A stretch of 58,689 nt of DNA, taken from Clostridia bacterium (GTDB lineage: Bacteria; Patescibacteriota; Microgenomatia; UM-FILTER-40-11). Positions within the stretch are counted from its first letter, which is position 1. Each line of letters opens with the position of its first letter. Below the pieces are notes generated by a model. It was not told where the DNA came from and searched no databases. It saw only the letters and a list, made by a program, of their open reading frames with translations. Made by a program: the position numbers and the translations under genes. Below are positions 42,914 to 50,991 of this stretch, piece by piece. The stretch covers positions 1 to 58,689 of the forward strand of contig DATKVU010000025.1 in assembly GCA_035529915.1 (NCBI GenBank). Reading direction: 5' to 3'.

Positions 42914-44367
42914 AGCCTTTCAAGTTTAAAGACGCTAATATTATTTTTAACTGGCCAAATTTGGGTAACCCTCGCTGGCAAAATAGTGTTTATTTCCCAG
43001 ACAGGATAAGACAAGACCTCTTCCGCTTCACCGCGAGCGATAACGTAAAGAGTGTCTGCCCGAGGATATTCCTCAACCCCCAGCGGCTTTTTACCAGCCA
43101 CTTCAATTATATAACGATAAGGGTAGGCTCGCGTATCACCATCTAAAAGAGCGGCCACATTAAAGTTCCCCCTCGCATCCTGACTAATAATTCTTCCTGC
43201 TTGCCTTACGCCATTCAAATCCCACCCTCTAGGCAAGGCGCTGGAAAAAGAAAGATTTAACTTGCTTAGATTAGCTATCGTCAAGAGAATTACCAAAAGA
43301 CAAGACAAAAACCCGAGTCTAGCATTAATCACCTTTTCCGCCAAATAACCTGCCAACAAAAAAACCGCCGGGTAAATTGCCCCCAAATAATGAACCAGCA
43401 TTGGCCCGGGATAGAAAGAAACCACCCCCAAACCAGCCAAAAGAAAAAAAAGATTATGCTTTAGAAATTTATCTTTCGGATTGGCAAAGAAAAAATAACC
43501 TGTTCCTGTTAGTAAGAGAAAAATAACTAGATATTTGGTCCAAACTGGCTGGTTATAAACAAGAGAAAACCAGACTGCTCGCTCAAAACCAGAGAAAAAT
43601 CTAATCAAAACCGAAAAATCCGAGAAAGAAACTGCTCCACCGCTTTTTGCCAAAGCTAAAAATGTTTTCAAGTTAAAAAAACTGTGCCTAAGCTCAAAAA
43701 GCAAATATGGCAAAAGCGCCAAAAATAAACCGACAAACCAAAAAACACCAGTTTTGTGCTTCCTTAAACCTAAAATTATCAATCCTAAAGCCAAAACTGC
43801 TCCTAAAGCCAAAAAATTAGCTTGAAGAGCAATCCCAGCAAAAAGACCGGACAAGAAAAGGAAAAAAGGCTTTTTTTGGTAAAAAAATTTACCCGCCGCC
43901 CAAAAAGCAAAAATAGTAAAACTGGTAATAAAATAGGAATTAAAAATACTACGGCCATGCTCCACCATTAATGGAGAAACCGCAAACAGGAGCGCGGAAA
44001 CCAAACCGGCTTTTGGGTAACCGTAAATTCGGCCAATTTGGTAAAGAAAAAAACAAGAAGCAATCGACAAAAAAGCAAATCCCAAAGCCGGGCCCAGAGG
44101 ATCAAGACCAAAAAGAAGCAAAAAAAAGGCATTAAAATAATGATAAAAAGGTCCGAAATGGACCGCGGAAATACTGGTCGGCGGACCGAGCAAAGTCAGT
44201 TTCCCCTTTAAAATCTCTCTAGCAATTAGCAAATCCCTACCCTGCTCACCCAAAAAATTAGTCAGAGACTCAAGGCGGTAAAGACGCAAAAATGCGGCTA
44301 GGAGAACAATAAAAACTAACGCCAGGCCCTCTTTGTTTTTTGAGCAAACTTTTTTAATCAATCTCAT
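42910..44367 (-). CDS. COG1807/ArnT-like GT-C glycosyltransferase, family 2 paralogue
   Basis: Multi-TM. Loop 1 FLGEQGRDLLIAREILKGKLTLLGPPTSISAVHFGPFYHYF is shared with 54974-56503 and 56500-58041. The track start is TTG 44406; ATG 44367 (MRLIKKV) lies 1 nt after the upstream stop. Confidence 0.7.
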   Translation of the reverse strand: MRLIKKVCSKNKEGLALVFIVLLAAFLRLYRLESLTNFLGEQGRDLLIAREILKGKLTLLGPPTSISAVHFGPFYHYFNAFFLLLFGLDPLGPALGFAFLSIASCFFLYQIGRIYGYPKAGLVSALLFAVSPLMVEHGRSIFNSYFITSFTIFAFWAAGKFFYQKKPFFLFLSGLFAGIALQANFLALGAVLALGLIILGLRKHKTGVFWFVGLFLALLPYLLFELRHSFFNLKTFLALAKSGGAVSFSDFSVLIRFFSGFERAVWFSLVYNQPVWTKYLVIFLLLTGTGYFFFANPKDKFLKHNLFFLLAGLGVVSFYPGPMLVHYLGAIYPAVFLLAGYLAEKVINARLGFLSCLLVILLTIANLSKLNLSFSSALPRGWDLNGVRQAGRIISQDARGNFNVAALLDGDTRAYPYRYIIEVAGKKPLGVEEYPRADTLYVIARGEAEEVLSYPVWEINTILPARVTQIWPVKNNISVFKLERL

Positions 44368-44368
44368 C

Positions 44369-45250
44369 TTAAATTTTGGATTTAAGCTTGAAGCGCAATT
44401 TTTCAAAAATGCCGGAAGCCGTCTTTTGACGCCAATAAAGGTAGTCGTGGATGACTTTTTCCATCTCTTGGTCTATTGCTTCAATCTTTTCTTCTTTGAA
44501 ACCTTCCTTTTCCCAAACTTTTAAATATAAAACCAGCTCTGAAAAAGACTGCAAAAGGGCCAAAGCCAAACCGTGCAAGCCGTCTTTGTAGCCTTCTGCA
44601 GCAAAAAAGCGAGAGAAAAACTCGTCTGCCGGCTTAACAATTAAATCCTGCCAGTTAAACTTTTGGTTGCTATTCAACAGCTCCTCTGCTTGAATATCCG
44701 TATAACGATTAAGTCGTTCAATAAATTGGGAAATCGACTGAAAATTGTGGTGGATTAGGGCATTTTCTTCCGTTGCCTCCAATTTAATTCCTTCTCCTTC
44801 GGTCTTAGGCGAAGAATGAATTCTTTCGGAAAAATTAACTTTGCCTTTCTTAAAAAAACGAACCAAATAATCGGGCCACCAGCGAGAGTGATTTATCCAT
44901 TTTCCAAAAATAATGTTTTTGCGGGGAATCTCCACAAAACCAGCCTCATTCTTCGCTGCTATTTCTTTTAGAATCTCGGCCAAGCCAGAAGATAACTCCT
45001 CATCAGCATCAATGACCAAAATCCAATCACCCTGAGCTTGCCGAAGGGCAAAATTCCTCGCCGGTTCAACAAAGCGGGTATATTGGTGTTGAAAAACCTT
45101 GGCCCCGAATTTTTTGGCCATGGCCACGGTTTTGTCGGTGGAATGCATATCCACTACCACCACTTCGTCCACTAAATCCCTCACTGACTCCAAGCAGCGT
45201 TTAAGATTTGCCTCTTCATTAAAAGTATTAATCACCGCCGAAATTTTCAT
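44369..45250 (-). CDS. family 2 glycosyltransferase, WaaE/LgtF-like subgroup
   Basis: 293 aa with ISAVINTFNEEANLKRCLESV, EVVVVDMHSTDKT, LVIDADE, SRWWPDYLVRFF and YKDGLHGLALALLQSFSELVLYLKVWE. Confidence 0.8.
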   Translation of the reverse strand: MKISAVINTFNEEANLKRCLESVRDLVDEVVVVDMHSTDKTVAMAKKFGAKVFQHQYTRFVEPARNFALRQAQGDWILVIDADEELSSGLAEILKEIAAKNEAGFVEIPRKNIIFGKWINHSRWWPDYLVRFFKKGKVNFSERIHSSPKTEGEGIKLEATEENALIHHNFQSISQFIERLNRYTDIQAEELLNSNQKFNWQDLIVKPADEFFSRFFAAEGYKDGLHGLALALLQSFSELVLYLKVWEKEGFKEEKIEAIDQEMEKVIHDYLYWRQKTASGIFEKLRFKLKSKI

Positions 45251-45262
45251 TTTGACTCTCTC

Positions 45263-45292
45263 ATTCTACCTTAATTGACAGACTGGACTCAA
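45263..45292 (-). promoter_or_regulatory. candidate internal sigma70-type promoter
   Basis: Minus strand TTGAGT (45292-45287, overlapping the upstream stop) - 18 nt - TAGAAT (45268-45263), 12 nt before ATG 45250. Lies in the 38-nt gap 45251-45288. Confidence 0.25.
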
Positions 45293-47010
45293 TTAATCTT
45301 AAAAATTTTTACTTCCCCGTTTTCGAAAATCCGCCGGCTATGAATATCGCCTTCACCTAAATTGATTTCCTGCCCTTTAACTAAATAGAGATAGGCAATC
45401 CGGTTTTGCTTAATTAAATTATTGGCAAAATCGTGGCTGTTAGTCAAAAAAAACTGGATGGACTCCTCTCGACGCTTTTGCCATGAATAACCGGAAATTT
45501 CCAAATTCATTTCATCAGCCAAAAAGGTTGGCTTATCCGCTAGAGCCGATACATAGACAGTTGTTTCATAAGCATAAAGGGGCCGCGGTTCAGAAAATTT
45601 ATCACGCCAGGTAAAGTCAAAGGGAGGAGTAAGGACTACCCCCTCCGGCTGGCGGCGAAGAAACTGCAAAGCTTCCAGCTCCTCAAGACTGATTCTCGCC
45701 GGCGGTCGGGACGGCCAATAGCTATTCTTTAACGTTATTACTGTCGTTGGCAGAGTTAAAGCCACCACCATTAGAGGAAGAACTACCCCTAGCCAAACTT
45801 TCCTGCTGCCTTTAAGATTCTCTTGTCTAAGCTGGCCTAAAGATTTCCCGGCCCAAATGGCCAAAAGGAATTGAAAATAATAAAAAAACTGAATGGTATT
45901 CCAAGGGTTGCCTTTTTGAATAAAAATCAAGGGTAACATCAGGGCAATAAATGTCGCCGCCAGAAAAAATAGTTCTTCTGGCTTAATTTTCCGCCAATTT
46001 TTTAATTCTTGACCGGCCGACCAAAATCCCAAAACCCTCGTTCCTAAATTACCTAAAATAAAAATCCCCAGAGCTAACCCTTCGGCCAAAAACCATTTCC
46101 ACCATTGCCCGGAATTTAAAAAAGTGAGGCGGGCATTTTCGAGCTTAAACCAACCCAAACGGTCGCCAAAGGCCAACATCGTTCGGGGAAACCAAAGAGG
46201 CGAAAAAACCAAAAGCATCCCTGACCGCCAATTAAAAGGTAAGAAAACCGCTAAACTGATAGCCAGAGTAATCAAGAAAAGTTTAATCATTGACCGCCGC
46301 CAAGAGTGAAAATAGAAAGACCAAAGAGTCAAAATGGCCAATCCGCCTAAGGTAATCATCCCCGCGTAAACCTTTATCTCCAGCAAAACCCCAAACAAAA
46401 TCGCAGTTAACCATAAATTTTTTCCGCTGGGCTTTTTGAGAAAATCTTTAAGTTTAACTAACCCGCTTAGAAGAAAAATTAAAGATAGCGCATAGGGTGG
46501 ATTAATTAAAGTCGAAACCGCTTGATTAGCCCAAAAAACTGATTCTCCTCCCCACTGCCCATCCCTAATGAGGCCGGCCAGCCATCCCCAGCTACCGCCA
46601 AAAAAGACAAAAAAGGTCGCCCACCAAGCACTTTTCCTGGAAGCAGTCCAATTGAGCACTAATTTAAAGGTTAAAGTTCCAATTAAAATGGCCATAACCG
46701 GCGGCAGGACCTGAAAGTAGAGAGTAATAACTGAAAGCCCGGTCAAGCGGTGAATTAAAGCCGCCAACAAGTCAAAACCAAAATGGTAATTAGTCAAGTT
46801 AACGCCCGCTAAACCGGGATGGACTAAAGAGAACTTCGCTAGTTGGTTGATGAGGGCCAAATGCCAAATTCCATCATGTCCATTAGGCCCCCAAAAACCC
46901 ATTCCAAAATCATAAGTCAAACCGCTTCTGACCATAGTTAAACTCTGAGCTGCTGTTCCCCCAGCTATCAACAAAGCCAGAAAGAGCTTCTGGTTTTTGG
47001 CCAGTTTCAT
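45289..47010 (-). CDS. large polytopic membrane protein, unassigned GHDGxWH family (putative GT-C)
   Basis: 573 aa. FWGPNGHDGIWHLALINQLAKFSLVHPGLAG. The C-terminal soluble region parallels that of 18137-20152. ATGA overlap with the flippase gene. Confidence 0.55.
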   Translation of the reverse strand: MKLAKNQKLFLALLIAGGTAAQSLTMVRSGLTYDFGMGFWGPNGHDGIWHLALINQLAKFSLVHPGLAGVNLTNYHFGFDLLAALIHRLTGLSVITLYFQVLPPVMAILIGTLTFKLVLNWTASRKSAWWATFFVFFGGSWGWLAGLIRDGQWGGESVFWANQAVSTLINPPYALSLIFLLSGLVKLKDFLKKPSGKNLWLTAILFGVLLEIKVYAGMITLGGLAILTLWSFYFHSWRRSMIKLFLITLAISLAVFLPFNWRSGMLLVFSPLWFPRTMLAFGDRLGWFKLENARLTFLNSGQWWKWFLAEGLALGIFILGNLGTRVLGFWSAGQELKNWRKIKPEELFFLAATFIALMLPLIFIQKGNPWNTIQFFYYFQFLLAIWAGKSLGQLRQENLKGSRKVWLGVVLPLMVVALTLPTTVITLKNSYWPSRPPARISLEELEALQFLRRQPEGVVLTPPFDFTWRDKFSEPRPLYAYETTVYVSALADKPTFLADEMNLEISGYSWQKRREESIQFFLTNSHDFANNLIKQNRIAYLYLVKGQEINLGEGDIHSRRIFENGEVKIFKIN

Positions 47011-48494
47011 TGTTCTTTCCCCAACAGAGAATAAAGTCTGAAAAAATCTTCAAACAAAGATTTACCGATTAAAAAATAAGAAACAAGAAGGTAAACAAAC
47101 CCCCCAGCCAAAATCCTTAATCCCAAAGATAAAATTAAGTTTTCTGTCATTGGTTTAAACAGGAAAACAAAAATTCCCATGACGACAGTGGCTAAAAGTG
47201 GCTTGCCAATTGAGGAGATTAAATCAAACCTCACTGCTTTGCGAGCAATGTAAATTGCAACCCCTGAAGAAAGAGAAATAGTGGCAGCCGCGATTGCCAC
47301 ACCATTAAAGCCTAATTTTATTGCTAAAACCGGCATCAAAGCCCAAGTTAAACCCAACCACATAATCATCAGCTTAAAGGTTTTTTTAATTTGGCCAACG
47401 GCGTTTAAGAGATTGGTCATTGAAGTGGAAATTGTGGCCCAAGCACTGTTAAAGCTATAAAGATAAAGGGCGAGCAAGGCCGGCTCCCACTTTAAGTATC
47501 TAGGAATAACTTTTACCAAATCCGAAGCTAAAAGGGAAAATCCCATTAAAATGGGAAAAGTTAAGAAAGACAAGAAGAAAAGGGTTTTCTCTACCGCCCT
47601 TTTTAGATTCTCCTTTCTATCCTGCATCCGACTATAAGCCGGAAAAGCAACTTTCGAGACATTATCCATCAAAAATCTCAAAGGTTGTTCTGCCCACCTT
47701 TTCGCCCAACCCAAATAGCCTAAACCTGAAGCGCCGATAATGCGGCCAAGAAAGATGGTCATTAAATCATCCTTTACTACTGCCATCAAGGTGTTTGCCT
47801 GATAGGGAACACCAAACTTAAGAAGGCTTGAGAGCGAACGCCGAGAAAAAGCAAAACCAACCCTCCAAGGGGCAATCAAATACATGGAAACCAGACCGAC
47901 GATTCCTCGGGCTAAAACTGCCCAAGTAAAACTGGCCAGACCAAAACCTCGCCAAGCCAACAAAACCGCCAAGAGATTGAAAACTAAAGTTTCCAAAATC
48001 TGGGGAATAATCAGCAAATTAAATTTTAGGTTCCTTTCCAAAAGGATTGAAGGAATGGTTTTTAGCGAAGAAAGAAAAAAGGAGAAGCCGAGGGCATAAA
48101 AAAGAATTACTGCCGACTGACTTAAGTCATATAAATTTTTGACCCAAGGCGAGAGCACGAAGATAACCAAAAGTAGGCCAAAAACCAAAGCCTGCTGAAT
48201 AGTAAAGGTGGTTCTTAAGTCTTTTAGGTCCAGTTTTTCTTTTTTCTGAATCAACGCCGCTGCCAAACCGATGTCAGAAAAATAGGTAAAAAAACTAATG
48301 AAGGCAGAAACCAAGAAAAAAATTCCAAAAGTTTGCGGATCCAAGAAAATCGTTAGAAGAAAGGTTGAGCCAAAAGCAATTCCTTGAATTAAAAAGCTTC
48401 GGGAAACTAAGGAGACAACACTCACCAAAGACCTTCTTTTTACTAAAGAGAAGTCAATTTCATCTGAAAACGTCTCCTCCAGCGCTTCTTTCAT
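47007..48494 (-). CDS. MOP-superfamily polysaccharide flippase (Wzx-like, Polysacc_synt)
   Basis: About 495 aa, hydrophobic throughout. SRSFLIQGIAFGSTFLLTIFLDPQTFGIFFLVSAFISFFTYFSDIGLAAALIQKKE is typical of the family. ATG at 48494 (the track adds a TTG codon at 48497). Confidence 0.8.
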   Translation of the reverse strand: MKEALEETFSDEIDFSLVKRRSLVSVVSLVSRSFLIQGIAFGSTFLLTIFLDPQTFGIFFLVSAFISFFTYFSDIGLAAALIQKKEKLDLKDLRTTFTIQQALVFGLLLVIFVLSPWVKNLYDLSQSAVILFYALGFSFFLSSLKTIPSILLERNLKFNLLIIPQILETLVFNLLAVLLAWRGFGLASFTWAVLARGIVGLVSMYLIAPWRVGFAFSRRSLSSLLKFGVPYQANTLMAVVKDDLMTIFLGRIIGASGLGYLGWAKRWAEQPLRFLMDNVSKVAFPAYSRMQDRKENLKRAVEKTLFFLSFLTFPILMGFSLLASDLVKVIPRYLKWEPALLALYLYSFNSAWATISTSMTNLLNAVGQIKKTFKLMIMWLGLTWALMPVLAIKLGFNGVAIAAATISLSSGVAIYIARKAVRFDLISSIGKPLLATVVMGIFVFLFKPMTENLILSLGLRILAGGFVYLLVSYFLIGKSLFEDFFRLYSLLGKEQ

Positions 48495-48552
48495 CAAATA
48501 ATTCTAGCATAAATAGGGCTGACAATATAATATATAACCAGGATACCATCAA
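48495..48552. promoter_or_regulatory. divergent intergenic region with back-to-back candidate promoters
   Basis: Plus strand TATAAT (48526-48531) with AGGA (48540-48543) 9 nt before ATG 48553, but a weak -35. Minus strand TTGATG (48552-48547) - 17 nt - TATATT (48529-48524), upstream of ATG 48494. Motif reading only. Confidence 0.3.
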
Positions 48553-50106
48553 ATGAGAAAACTGGTTAAAAAGCATCTTCCTCTTTTAATATTTCTTATT
48601 TCTCTTTCTTCTTTTACTTTCCTTTTTTTTATCCAGCGTAACTTTATGACCAATATTGATGAACGCGACCAAATTGTTAACGCTTTCTTGATGGCCAACG
48701 GCTTGAAAGTTTATAAAGACTTTTTTACTACTCATTTCCCTTTGCCTTACTACTGGGTTTATATTTTCACCCCTTTTTGGACAAATTCCCCTCCCCACCG
48801 AGTAATTTCCATCCTCCGTCTAAGCATAGTTATTTTGTATTACTTATCGTTTTTAGCAGTTTTCTTTGTTTCTCGCAGCCGGAAAACCAAAACTGCCCTC
48901 TGTTTATGGATTATTTCCCTTTCCACTTTTGCCAGTCTTTACCATGGAAATCTGCTTCTAAGCGAAACATTTGTGGCAATTTTTATCTCCTCTCTTTTTT
49001 GGTTAATTCTTCCTTTGGTTTTCGCTTGGGAAAAAATTAATTTTGTAAAAAGTGTTTTGATTTTCCTTTTTGTTTCACTGGCTTTCTGGACCCAACCGCT
49101 TCTGGCTCCTTTATTCCTGATTCCTCTTCTTTTAATTCCAGGTAAAATACTAAAAAAGATATTCCCCAGCTTTTTTATACTTAATCTCTTACCATTAGCT
49201 CTCTTTCATTTGTCCGGACAGCTGCAAGGTTTTTGGGAAAATGCCGTTTGGTTTAATTTCAGGGTTTACTCCTCTTTTTTCCCGGAGAGAATTGGCCACT
49301 ATTCAATGCTTCAGCAAAATTTCATCTCTTTCTTTCAAAATGAAATTTCTTTCCTTGAGCCTTTTTCCGGGTTCATTGGCTCTTGGCAGTTTGTCATCCA
49401 CGCGGCTGTCTTGGGTCTTTTGATTTGGACAATTGGCAAAAGAAACTGGCGATTATCAATTTCTTTTTTGCTTCTTTTTTATGGGGTAAGAGCCAGAGAA
49501 ATTAAAATTATCCCGGGAAAAATTTTTAATTTCGGAATTTACCCTCTGGCTCTTTTAGGTTCTGCTAGTTTTATTGCCTTAATAACTTTCATCTTTCCAA
49601 AGAAAAAAATCATCTCTTTACTTGCTTTGGGTTTGCTTTTCGGCCTCAGTATTAAAGAAAGCTTGCCTATCATTAATCAGTCTTTGAAACCTGGTTACAA
49701 TTACCATGTTTTTTGGAGCTGGCGACAAGAAATTGGCGAGACAATAAACAATCTAACCCAGCCAGAAGAGAAAATTTTGATCTACCCTCATGATGTCGAT
49801 CTTTATTTTTTCGCTAATAGAAAACCAATAGACCGCTTTACTTATTGGTTTCCCTGGTTAGATTCAGTGAAAAGATATCACGATGAAAGAGAGACGTCTC
49901 TAAAAACTGCTCCTCCACCAGTAATTTATATTGGCAACTTTACTTATAAAAACAATCCCCATCTTTATGCTCAGTTTTTTCCGGATCTACTTAATGGCTA
50001 CAGTCAAATAGCAAAAAACGGTCAGCCAACAAACATTTGGTTGAGAGATGACCTTAACCAAAGGCTTAAGGCTCCCTATTCTTTGTTCACCACAAACAAA
50101 CAATAA
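48553..50106 (+). CDS. polytopic membrane protein, GT-C-like (singleton)
   Basis: 517 aa multi-TM. Loop 1 TNIDERDQIVNAFLMANGLKVYKDFFTTHFPLPYYW (acidic pair plus a Y-x-D...P-L-x-Y box as in PMT_2/DUF2029 proteins). Second plus-strand gene. Confidence 0.55.
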   Translation: MRKLVKKHLPLLIFLISLSSFTFLFFIQRNFMTNIDERDQIVNAFLMANGLKVYKDFFTTHFPLPYYWVYIFTPFWTNSPPHRVISILRLSIVILYYLSFLAVFFVSRSRKTKTALCLWIISLSTFASLYHGNLLLSETFVAIFISSLFWLILPLVFAWEKINFVKSVLIFLFVSLAFWTQPLLAPLFLIPLLLIPGKILKKIFPSFFILNLLPLALFHLSGQLQGFWENAVWFNFRVYSSFFPERIGHYSMLQQNFISFFQNEISFLEPFSGFIGSWQFVIHAAVLGLLIWTIGKRNWRLSISFLLLFYGVRAREIKIIPGKIFNFGIYPLALLGSASFIALITFIFPKKKIISLLALGLLFGLSIKESLPIINQSLKPGYNYHVFWSWRQEIGETINNLTQPEEKILIYPHDVDLYFFANRKPIDRFTYWFPWLDSVKRYHDERETSLKTAPPPVIYIGNFTYKNNPHLYAQFFPDLLNGYSQIAKNGQPTNIWLRDDLNQRLKAPYSLFTTNKQ

Positions 50107-50283
50107 TCCTCGCGAAAATCTTCCCCATCGTCCTCATAAAGACATTTCAGACTATCATCATGGTAAATTAACCGAGGTCCATTACAATTAGAAAGAGCTA
50201 CTTCCGCTTGTTAGCTGGCTCCACCCCAAGCAGAAGGAACGCCAAGAAGATCAGAACCATTTTTAAAAAAAATCGTAGCTCCT
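50107..50283. other. 177-nt convergent non-coding gap, the largest in the window
   Basis: No ORF with a start codon. Nested imperfect inverted repeats: AAAGAGCTAC (50192-50201) pairs with GTAGCTCCTTT (50275-50285), and TTCCGCTTG (50202-50210) with CAAGCAGAA (50227-50235). T5A8 at 50261-50273. No canonical GC-stem plus U-tract terminator. Confidence 0.5.
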
Positions 50284-50991
50284 TTAGGCAATTTTGGTCA
50301 ATTGAAGATACTTAAAAAGAGTGAAAACTGCCAGCAGCGCATCCTTGGCTTTAATTTTTTTACCTTCTTTATATCCCCGGGGTTGAGTTTTAATAGGCAC
50401 CTCTACAATCGGATATCCTTTCTTTAAAATTTTAGCCGTTATTTCCGGCTCAACCTCAAAACACCGGGAGACAATATTTAAATCACCATACACTTCTTTG
50501 GTCATCATTTTATAGCCGGTTTCCACATCGGTAAGATGAGAACCATAAAGAAAATTGGTTAATCCCGACAAAAATCGATTCGCCCAGTAATGAAGCGGCA
50601 AGGGAGTTTTATTTTTACCCCAAAGCTTAAACTTAAGTTTCTTGAGGCGCGTTCCAAAAACGACTTCCACTTTTCCCAAAATAATTGGCTCCAGGAGTTT
50701 ACAATAGTACTTCGGATCATATTCCAAATCGGCGTCTTGAATAATTAGGACATCGCCGGTAGCATTTTTAATCCCCTTACTTACCGCGGCTCCTTTGCCT
50801 TGGTTGACTTTATGAAAGAATACCCTAATTTCTTTATTTCTGAATTTCTTTATTTCTTCTCTCGTCCCGTCAGTTGAGCCGTCATCAACGATAATTATTT
50901 CCTTGGGAGTTTTTTCAGCCAATACCCGCCTAATAACTCGACCAATGGTCTTTTCTTCATTAAAGACGGGGATAACGACGGAAAGCTTCAT
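50284..50991 (-). CDS. family 2 glycosyltransferase, Dpm1-like polyprenyl-phosphate sugar synthase candidate
   Basis: 235 aa with LSVVIPVFNEEKTIGRVI, IIIVDDGSTDGT, NQGKGAAVSKG, IIQDADLEYDP and TDVETGYKMM. Confidence 0.8.
   Translation of the reverse strand: MKLSVVIPVFNEEKTIGRVIRRVLAEKTPKEIIIVDDGSTDGTREEIKKFRNKEIRVFFHKVNQGKGAAVSKGIKNATGDVLIIQDADLEYDPKYYCKLLEPIILGKVEVVFGTRLKKLKFKLWGKNKTPLPLHYWANRFLSGLTNFLYGSHLTDVETGYKMMTKEVYGDLNIVSRCFEVEPEITAKILKKGYPIVEVPIKTQPRGYKEGKKIKAKDALLAVFTLFKYLQLTKIA

Noticed and set aside
50211-50229. tRNA-like 3' end impression (gctggctccacccc) in the convergent gap.
   Set aside because: There is no T-loop (GTTCRANNC) or D-arm, no acceptor-stem complementarity and no CCA context. 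It is not a tRNA.
50107-50286. Possible stop-codon readthrough or alternative genetic code, because the frame stays open after the TAA of the Dpm1-like gene.
   Set aside because: All 46 ORFs are uninterrupted under the standard bacterial code, and TAA, TAG and TGA all occur as terminators here. Two short open stretches separated by another TAA are compatible with chance or a decayed remnant.
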